Source of the DNA: Candidatus Nanohalobium sp.
GTDB lineage: Archaea; Nanohalarchaeota; Nanosalinia; Nanosalinales; Nanosalinaceae
Direction of reading: 5' to 3'
DNA: 14,539 nt
Assembly: GCA_042216335.1 (NCBI GenBank)
Contig: JBDGTY010000072.1
Location: 1-14,539, forward strand
Below the pieces are notes generated by a model. It saw only the letters and a program-made list of their open reading frames with translations, did not search any database and was not told where the DNA came from. The position numbers and the translations under genes were made by a program. Below are positions 7,615 to 14,539 of the stretch, piece by piece (the stretch's first letter is position 1; every line of letters starts with the position of its first letter).

Positions 7615-7755
7615 CTGAAGTAGAAAAAACAAGGGCGGGCCGAAGAGTTACCCACGGCTCACGCCGCTTGATCCTTCAAAGAAGGCACGTCATTCCAGGC
7701 CCTACCCGCCCCTACTTCAGAGGGACTACTAGAAACGACCCCGATTTACGGAGTC
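7615..7755 (-). ncRNA. Candidate structured RNA of unknown family
   Basis: Minus-strand fold: 5' hairpin GACTCCG/CGGGGTC; closing stem GGGCGGG/CCCGCCC (7633-39 with 7704-10); GNRA hairpin GCGGC-GTGA-GCCGT (7654-67); GAAGG/TCTTC; AGGC/GCCT. It is followed by a T-run, and a 9-bp inverted repeat CTGAAGTAG (7615-23 with 7711-19) flanks the core. Confidence 0.55.
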
Positions 7756-7877
7756 AAAAACAAATTGTTCAACAAAAGTTAACACTGTAACCTTTTTTTG
7801 AGATTTTCAGGCTGACAACTTGGTGTGGGGAATGGTTTCAGTAATCTGAGAGTATTCTCAATAAATTGAAAATCTGG

Positions 7878-8312
7878 CTACTTCAGGTCTTCGATAATAC
7901 TGTTCATCTCCTCGATGAAGGGCTCGACTCTCTCCGACATGAAGTTTTCTGCCTCTTCCTCGATTGTCTCTGTGATCTCTGTTTCGTAGTTCACGTCCTG
8001 CCTGCGTTTGTAGATCCTGTTCATATCCTTCGATAATTCCTTTTCCTCCAGTACCCTGCCAAGCCCTTTGATAGTACAGAGATGCGTGTTGACCTTGTAG
8101 CCTTTCAGCGCCAGTGCCTGCTCAACCTTCTTCTCTGCGGCAAGATGTCCAAGTACAAAGACGCCGGCGGGAGTATCTGTACCCAGTAAATTTCTGGCGG
8201 CGTTCAGGAAATAATCGGAGTTGGACTTCTTCCTCTCCGCCAGTCTTTCCCTCTCGGTTGGGCTTTCCACAGTGGAGGCTCCCGGCCCGACTGTTATCTC
8301 CTGTTCCGACAT
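7878..8312 (-). CDS. HEPN-domain protein (partner of the MNT)
   Basis: Helical HEPN pattern (FLNAARNLL...GHLAAEKKVEQALALKG...TH, then RRQDVNY), directly downstream of an MNT gene. Confidence 0.8.
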   Translation of the reverse strand: MSEQEITVGPGASTVESPTERERLAERKKSNSDYFLNAARNLLGTDTPAGVFVLGHLAAEKKVEQALALKGYKVNTHLCTIKGLGRVLEEKELSKDMNRIYKRRQDVNYETEITETIEEEAENFMSERVEPFIEEMNSIIEDLK

Positions 8313-8340
8313 GCAGTCTTCCTTCCACTCATCCTCTTTT

Positions 8341-9075
8341 CTAATCTTCGTTCACCTTATATTCTGCCAGGAAATCCTTCAGCTTCTCGATCCTCTCTGA
8401 ATCCTCTTTGAGATCTCTGGCTGCAAGATGTTCCAGTCCCATGCCTTTTCGGATCACTTCCTCTAACCCCTTGCTGGAGGAGTAAAGTATGCTGAAGCCT
8501 TCTAGCATAATGGATTGAGCCAGTTCGGATTTCTCCTCCCCGAACTCCTCTTCGAAGTCATCTCTTTCCCGGACAACCACAGAGAACTCTCTTTCATACC
8601 CTTCCAGCACATCATAGATCTCATCCTCTTTCTCGGTACTCCTTTTCTCAAGCACCAGATAAAGATCGATATCGCTTTCAGGGGTGAAGTCGCCCCTGGC
8701 CAGGGAACCGAATACGATGATCATTTCAATACCTTCTATCCCTCTCAAACTCTTCTCCGCATCAAAAAGAATGTTCCTCAGATGCGCCGGCAAGTCCTCC
8801 AGGCTGTATTCCTCGCTTTCCGCCTCGAAAAGCTTCCTGACCTGGTCTGCCAGAGAGCTCTGCCTGTTCAACCTGTAGTAATTCCCTTTGCCCTCTGTCC
8901 TTACACCGGTAATAACGCCTTCCCTCTCCAGCTCACGCACCGCATCGTAGATAACCGAGATATTCTTCGTGGTCTCCTTCTCCAGCTCCTGGGGAGAAAA
9001 AGCACTGGAGCTGTCACTGAGCACACGCAAAACCTGCACCTTGCTCGAAGACGACAAAACACCCTCAACACTCAT
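8341..9075 (-). CDS. wHTH-fused minimal nucleotidyltransferase (MntA-like antitoxin)
   Basis: N-terminal winged helix (KVQVLRVL...ELEK...VYDAV-like, LEREGVI...YYRLN) and the GS-x10-DxD motif FGSLARGDFTPESDID. Likely start is the ATG at 9075. Confidence 0.9.
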   Translation of the reverse strand: MSVEGVLSSSSKVQVLRVLSDSSSAFSPQELEKETTKNISVIYDAVRELEREGVITGVRTEGKGNYYRLNRQSSLADQVRKLFEAESEEYSLEDLPAHLRNILFDAEKSLRGIEGIEMIIVFGSLARGDFTPESDIDLYLVLEKRSTEKEDEIYDVLEGYEREFSVVVRERDDFEEEFGEEKSELAQSIMLEGFSILYSSSKGLEEVIRKGMGLEHLAARDLKEDSERIEKLKDFLAEYKVNED

Positions 9076-9193
9076 TACATTTCTATCGTAAAAATCAGGC
9101 TCTACTTTTAAATAAATACTCTTTTTACGAAGAAGTCGTAGAAACTGCAAATTACTTATAAAGAAAAAGGATTTAATTACGATAATTTCGTAA
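9075..9193. promoter_or_regulatory. Three TTACGA-N5-TCGTAA palindromic operators interleaved with two TATA-like boxes
   Basis: 9075-9091 TTACAT-TTCTA-TCGTAA; 9125-9141 TTACGA-AGAAG-TCGTAG; 9177-9193 TTACGA-TAATT-TCGTAA. TATA-like tracts lie at 9106-9114 and 9155-9163. Confidence 0.75.
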
Positions 9194-9315
9194 CTTTGGC
9201 TGGGCTGAGGTGGTTATCTTCGGACCAGTCGCCAGAATTCCTTTAGAAAACTGAAGTTAGTTGCGTATGGGTATCAGGACGTTGCTCGGAAAAATACCTT
9301 TGGTTGAAATAATAT

Positions 9316-9708
9316 CTAACTGGCGTTCTGCTCAAAGTAATCTGCTGAAACCCTGAGGTTACCTTCCTCTACCTCGATATCGTCGTTGCCAAGCCTGATT
9401 TCCGGGCCGTTGGGATTCTGGTGTGCCGCAGGCTCATGGTCCCTATCATCCACCAGGAAAGCAGTCTGCTCGGCCACAGGAACCAGAGCCCCGCCGTAAC
9501 TCTCCGTATGCACCGTAACTCTGCGGTTCTCATCCGAATAACTGAACCTGTAACTGTCCTCATCATCAGGAAGATCAACGCCAAGCTCTTCAGCCAGACC
9601 CTCTATATCATCAAGCAGATCCGATTTTAACATACCGACTGTGTCTCCCATACCGTCGTCTACCTCATCCACAGGCACAGCATCGTCATACCTTCCGTTC
9701 CAGGCCAT
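9316..9708 (-). CDS. Acidic hypothetical protein (~130 aa)
   Basis: Asp/Glu-rich ORF. The ATG at 9708 is about 27 nt from a TTTAAA box. No family recognised. Confidence 0.7.
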   Translation of the reverse strand: MAWNGRYDDAVPVDEVDDGMGDTVGMLKSDLLDDIEGLAEELGVDLPDDEDSYRFSYSDENRRVTVHTESYGGALVPVAEQTAFLVDDRDHEPAAHQNPNGPEIRLGNDDIEVEEGNLRVSADYFEQNAS

Positions 9709-9761
9709 AAGCAACCACTAATACGCAGAAAACAGTTTTAAACCTATCGAGCATCCGGGCC

Positions 9762-11102
9762 TCAGATCCTGTCCGATATCAAGCTCTCCAATCTATCCTC
9801 AAGATCAGAAACCTGGACGATCCTCACAGGACCATCCTGCTCTCCGACACTCTGAACCTGTCTGTCCTCGAAGTCCTGAACCACGACCAGTCCCTGCCTC
9901 TCACCGCCGAAGGAATCACCGTCGTAGATGAAGTCGTCTTCATCCCTCAGGAACGCCAGGTACTCCAGGGCCTCCTTGATACCCCTCTTCACAGTCTTCT
10001 CATTCGTCGAATTCTTCACCTCCGTGATAAAGAACTCCCTATCGCTGGAAACCTTATCAATGATCTCCACAAGGATAACGTCTGGTCTCCCGGTAACCTG
10101 GTTAGTGTCCCTGTCAAAGTAGTCCTGTATAATCTCCCTCGACTTCAGCTCGACCTGTTCCGGCCTAGAATACGGTTTATCAGAGTCCTTCTCGGGATCA
10201 TACTTGAACTCTATGCCGAGGTCTCTGGCCGAGCTGTCATGGTAAACCGCTATCTCCTTCTCCTCGCTCTCCATAGATGCGATCCGCTGTGAGCCGGTCG
10301 AAACAGTGTTTAAGGAACAGCTGTCCTCCTCAATACTCTCAATAGTTGAGATAAATCTAAACAGGACGAAAAGCTCGAGCAGCGTCTCCTCATCTTGAGG
10401 CCTGATCACAGTCTTGTCCAGAAGCTCCCTGATCTCCTCTCTATCGCCCGAGAAAATGTCCTGTCTCTTCCTCAGAAGCCTGGCAGACTCCCTGTAAAGA
10501 CCTTTGCGTGAATTTTCCGCCGAATTAAGCATTCTTTCAGTTGGCTCGTATTCTTCTGGATCCTTGATTCTCTTGACGTGGACGTTCCTCTCAAAGATGT
10601 TCTTCATGTTTTCTACTAGGTCTTTTTCATCTCTCCATCTTTCGCTCCACTCATGATTCCTGTCAAAGAAGTCCTCGCAGTCCTTCAAGGTATTGTAGAT
10701 AACGCTGAGAAGCCTCTTCAAGACTATATTCTCTCCTGTGTCGTATCTCTCCGTTTTATTCTCACAGACAAAAAGCGATGTGTCACCAGGGTTCCTAGAG
10801 TACCTTTCCTGAATGGTTGAACTCCAATTGATTTTTCCATCTACAGATCCTCTCCTAACTCTGGATCTGTTTTCTGTCTCGGTGTTGACGGATCGAAGCT
10901 CGGACTCAAGATTTTTTACAAACTCTATAACGTCTTCCCGGAGGACAAAGTGGAAGTCCATCAACTTCTCATACTCCTCGAAACGTGAGTCAAGGTCCGT
11001 CGGCTTCAAGCTCTCGGCAAACTTCCTCTCAGGGAAATTGCCGTGCATCACGTAGGTGAGGATGTCCTCAGTCAATCCGTCGATTAACTCATTCTTCTCC
11101 AC
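9762..11102 (-). CDS. McrC-like PD-(D/E)xK nuclease subunit
   Basis: McrC-like N-terminal motifs (VDGKINWSSTI, DTGENIVLK) and C-terminal GRPDVILVEI...EVKNS...EALEY. It overlaps the stop of the McrB-like gene. Confidence 0.82.
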   Translation of the reverse strand: MEKNELIDGLTEDILTYVMHGNFPERKFAESLKPTDLDSRFEEYEKLMDFHFVLREDVIEFVKNLESELRSVNTETENRSRVRRGSVDGKINWSSTIQERYSRNPGDTSLFVCENKTERYDTGENIVLKRLLSVIYNTLKDCEDFFDRNHEWSERWRDEKDLVENMKNIFERNVHVKRIKDPEEYEPTERMLNSAENSRKGLYRESARLLRKRQDIFSGDREEIRELLDKTVIRPQDEETLLELFVLFRFISTIESIEEDSCSLNTVSTGSQRIASMESEEKEIAVYHDSSARDLGIEFKYDPEKDSDKPYSRPEQVELKSREIIQDYFDRDTNQVTGRPDVILVEIIDKVSSDREFFITEVKNSTNEKTVKRGIKEALEYLAFLRDEDDFIYDGDSFGGERQGLVVVQDFEDRQVQSVGEQDGPVRIVQVSDLEDRLESLISDRI

Positions 11103-13523
11103 TTATATCGACCTGCAGCATGTTTCTGGCAGTCCTCTCCAACCTTTCATCGTCCAGTTCAACATCGGCCTTGGAAATAGACTCGACAATCTGCTTCCTC
11201 TCAGGAACACCTTCAAGTTGTGGGAAGATATAGTTCGTTATCGCTGCAGTATTCGACTGTCTGTTAATTCCCGCTTCGTTCAGGAACTCTAGGATGTCCT
11301 TCGCAATTGCTGGACCGATCTCCCTGTCAACATCTGCAGAGTTAACCTGCTTCCAAATCCTAACAGTATTCACAACCTCATCGTCTTCCGCAGAAAGATC
11401 CATCTTCCAGGCATCCAGGTAGCCTTCCATAAGCTGTTTTCTCTCATCTTTTTCATCCGGAATCTCTGGAGCTTCTACTCTGATGAATGAGAATCTTCTC
11501 ATGAAAGCGTAACTCATCTCGTATAGCGAAGTCTTGTCGTACGTATTCATCGTCGCCATTATCTCCACGACTCAGGAATCACGTAATGATGCTTATCAGG
11601 ACTGTTCGAAGCCCTTTCATGACTTCCCGGCAAGACCTCAATCTCCCTGTCGTTCTCCGCCGTGAAAGGCAGCTGAACCCTCTGACCTGAGAGAACAGTG
11701 AAAAGCTGTCCGAACGCCTTGTCGATATCCGCCCTGTTAATCTCATCAATAACCAGCAACTCATTCTTCTGATCCCTCTCACCGTCCTTGAAACGCTTCA
11801 GAACCTGGCCAGGACTAAACTCTAGATCGCCACCGCCGTTCTTCTCAGGCATGAACCCGCCGACAGTATCAAAAGTCGACCAATCAGAAGTAGCAGTAGT
11901 CAACTGATGACCTGAAACGTTCGAATCATTCTCCATCTCCTCCGCCACAACCTCCGCCAACTCAGTCTTACCAGTACCAGGCGGACCAGTAAAGATAACA
12001 TGCTTACCAGAATTGATAGACGCCTTGATCTGATTTTTCAAAGACTCTTCCTCCTCTGGGAAATAAAGGTTGTCAAATTCAAGTTGGAAGTCTACAGAAA
12101 TATCTTCTTCAGGATTAATGTCGGATTCTTTTTCGTTAACAGGAGTTTCTAATGAGAGGATGGTTTCGAACTCCTTCTCGTCAAGCTGAAAAATGCTGCC
12201 CTGAGCAGTATTGATCATTGGTTTGGAACTCTCCAAATCCGGGATCTGACTTAGTTTACTCCATGAAACTTCTCCACTAATCTGCCTACCATATCTCAGA
12301 GTGATGCCTTCAACTGGTTCACTATATCCCTCAACTTCCTCTTTATGAAGGCCGTCACTAACAACGCCTTCAGCCACAACCCTCTTCACAGGTGTAGACT
12401 GATAGAAAACAACTCTATCTCCTTCAGAGGCTTTCTCAAAATTACTGAAAATCCTGGCCTTGTTCCCAGAAGGTAGATAAGCAGGATAAAACTTCTCGTC
12501 GCCTTCATTCAGCTCTGAAACCTTCCAAATCGAAGGATCAGCGGTAATCCAGAAATAATTCTTAGAGCTCTCAGGATCAACTTCTCCCGTCTCAAAGTCC
12601 TCAATACTTTTCTCACCGCCGTCATCCTCTATATCAGGATACTCCAAATCCTCCTTTGTGTCAAGATAATCTAAGTAGGCTTCCGCTAACTGCACAAAGT
12701 CATCTTCAACCTGTTCAGATTCAGGAAGATTCCCTAGTTCATACTTCTTCTGATAAATAGTACTTTCCTCGTAGAGCTTGTCGTTATCAGAAAGATCAGG
12801 GTTCTCGGTACTGAAGCCCTCAAGATCAACTTTTTCTCTAATCTCTTCCGCTCTGTCTTCTAAAGTTTCTCTAGCTTCGCCTCTGCCATTGCAACTTTCG
12901 ATAACTTCTGTGGTGCCCTGATTCAAAGTAGCGTAGACTGCCTGGTTCTCAGGATCGAACAAGTAAACAATGTAGACACCTTTCTGAGTAGTATCGGTTT
13001 CATCAGGATGTAAAACTGCGACCCATGGAATATTGGCCCAGTTTCCCTGCCCCGCAGAACCAACGAAAGCCCCAGAATTCAAATCAAGATCAGTTTTCTC
13101 GTCGGATAGATAGTTCAAGAGAATAGGAACTTTCTTTTCCAACAGCTTGAACAATCTAGTATCCCCATCCAACCTACTAGGCCTATCCGGATAAAGATTC
13201 AATATTTCTTCCAAAGACTCTTTCAAGTTTTCTGCAGCATGATTCTTCTGATTGTAGGACTCAAAACCAAGTTGATCGAAAACTTCCTCAACCTTCAAAG
13301 TACCAAAATCATTCCGAGAATCAGCCACCTCCTTAACCGACTCAATGTTATAGAAAACATGCTTAACCGGCTTCCTCACACCATCAACCTCAATAAAATG
13401 CCACGGAGAAACATTATACTCAAAATCACTGAACTCAGCACCAGTCCGCTCAAAAGCATCCCTTACATCCGATTTAGAAATAGAAACAATTTCCCCGTTA
13501 ATCTTAGTTGAAACTTCAGACAT
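11089..13523 (-). CDS. mcrB: McrB-family AAA+ GTPase with several N-terminal DNA-reader domains, split by a 1-nt frameshift at about 11562
   Basis: Walker A GPPGTGKT and Walker B LLVIDEINRADIDKAFG. The McrB signature MNTYD and AFMRRF are in the second frame. Also a DUF3578-like segment (GQGNWANIPW...GVYIVYLF...LNQG) and an EVE-like segment (YFWITADPSIW...GDRVVFYQS...QGSIFQL). Likely start is the ATG at 13523. Confidence 0.88.
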
Positions 13524-13613
13524 AGACAAGGTATCGGGAGGCAAGGTTAAGTTTTCTTCGAACTCGAAACCAGAAGGAAAGAAGAAATAAAGTGCCTTGA
13601 GTTAAAGGAGAGT

Positions 13614-14294
13614 ATGTCAAGAGCAGGACCTCTAAAACAGATATTAAGACAACTCAATATCAAAGAATTGAGGGAACTTAGGAAAGAATTTTGTCCTAGA
13701 GTAACAGAATACTCAGGAAACAAGACTGAATTTGTGGATAGTCTAAGGAATTCAATGAAAAGATCTATAGAAGATGGAGAACTAAGCTATGCGGAAATAT
13801 TCTCAAAAATAAGGTCAACAATCAAAGAAGACGGCCCTAAACAAGTTACTACCAGAATCCGGCATTCCATGGAAAATCTAGAAATCTCTAGGAACGTACA
13901 GAGTAGAAAAACCACCAGCGTAAGAGAAAAATGGATTAGCTCTGAACTATTCCAATCACTGAAATACCAGTTAGAAGATACAAATTACGAAATCGAACAA
14001 GAAGCAACCTTCGGCAGAACAGCAGCCGATCTATTAGTACACCAAAATAACAGAAACTACGTTATAGAAACTAAACTAGCCAGCAGCTACTCCAGCAGAG
14101 AAAGACTCCTCAACCAGGTCAAAAAATACAAGAAAAAAGTTCCGAACCTCCGCAGAGTCTTCGTACTTCTCATCGCGGAAAATGAAAGAGATCTACCAGA
14201 AAACAAAGACTCAGTAAAACATGTGGTTGACGAAGTAGAAAAAGAAGACAAAACAGAAGTAATACTCAAGAAGCCGAGCGACTTCAGAGACTAA
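13614..14294 (+). CDS. PD-(D/E)xK-family nuclease-like protein with a small helical N-terminal domain
   Basis: EQE...ADLLV...YVIETK...LNQVKKY matches the E, D, ExK and QxxxY pattern of restriction-endonuclease-like folds. Confidence 0.7.
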   Translation: MSRAGPLKQILRQLNIKELRELRKEFCPRVTEYSGNKTEFVDSLRNSMKRSIEDGELSYAEIFSKIRSTIKEDGPKQVTTRIRHSMENLEISRNVQSRKTTSVREKWISSELFQSLKYQLEDTNYEIEQEATFGRTAADLLVHQNNRNYVIETKLASSYSSRERLLNQVKKYKKKVPNLRRVFVLLIAENERDLPENKDSVKHVVDEVEKEDKTEVILKKPSDFRD

Positions 14295-14539
14295 ACTTCA
14301 CTGAACTTCTCCAAAATCGAGGCCTTCTCACCTTCAGAAGTATCCAGCGAGTCAAGCACTGTCTCAACCTCTTCCCCATTCAAATCATACAGGTCGAAGA
14401 CGATGGCATCAATCAACTCATCAGCCTCCTGAATCTCCTCCTCTAATTCCTTGGCTTCTTCCCTGTTCTCAACGAATTTTTCGAGGCCTTGTTCTACATC
14501 TTCCAGCTTCGGCAAAGTCAACTTCTCCAACCTGTCAAT
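14291..14539 (-). CDS. C-terminus of a probable type IIG (Eco57I/TaqI-like) restriction-modification enzyme (5'-partial)
   Basis: LEEEIQEADELIDAIVFDLYDLNGEEVETV resembles the 'ID..VY.LY.L..EEI' tail of N6-adenine MTase / type IIG proteins. The frame is open to the window edge. Confidence 0.7.
   Translation of the reverse strand: MDRLEKLTLPKLEDVEQGLEKFVENREEAKELEEEIQEADELIDAIVFDLYDLNGEEVETVLDSLDTSEGEKASILEKFSEV

Noticed and set aside
7632-7711. tRNA (Gln-like CTTTGAA loop) or 5S rRNA on the minus strand
   Set aside because: There is no T-arm TTCRA motif, no proper 5-bp anticodon stem, and no 5S CCGAAC loop.

Overview
Archaeal DNA with very Glu/Asp-rich proteins and BRE/TATA boxes about 22-30 nt before the start codons (leaderless style). 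It is most consistent with an extremely halophilic archaeon, probably Nanohaloarchaeota (inference). The left part holds housekeeping genes: archaeal SAM synthetase, an atypical SDR, a frameshifted polyprenyl synthase, a lipase-type hydrolase and a coiled-coil protein. The right part is a defence cluster: VapBC, wHTH-MNT/HEPN, McrBC with a multi-reader McrB (frameshifted), a PD-(D/E)xK protein and the 3' end of a probable type IIG R-M gene. The most notable signal is in the 1.1-kb 'intergenic' stretch 1390-2470. It holds two diverged tandem copies (about 520 nt apart) of a TATA-driven, ~370-390-nt structured RNA with compensatory base changes, each starting with a frame-conserved 33-35 codon ORF. 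A second unexplained structured RNA lies at about 7615-7755 (minus strand), and its 3' end is repeated on the far side of the VapBC cassette. Three evenly spaced palindromic operators precede the MNT-HEPN operon. All calls are by eye; no database search or folding program was run.
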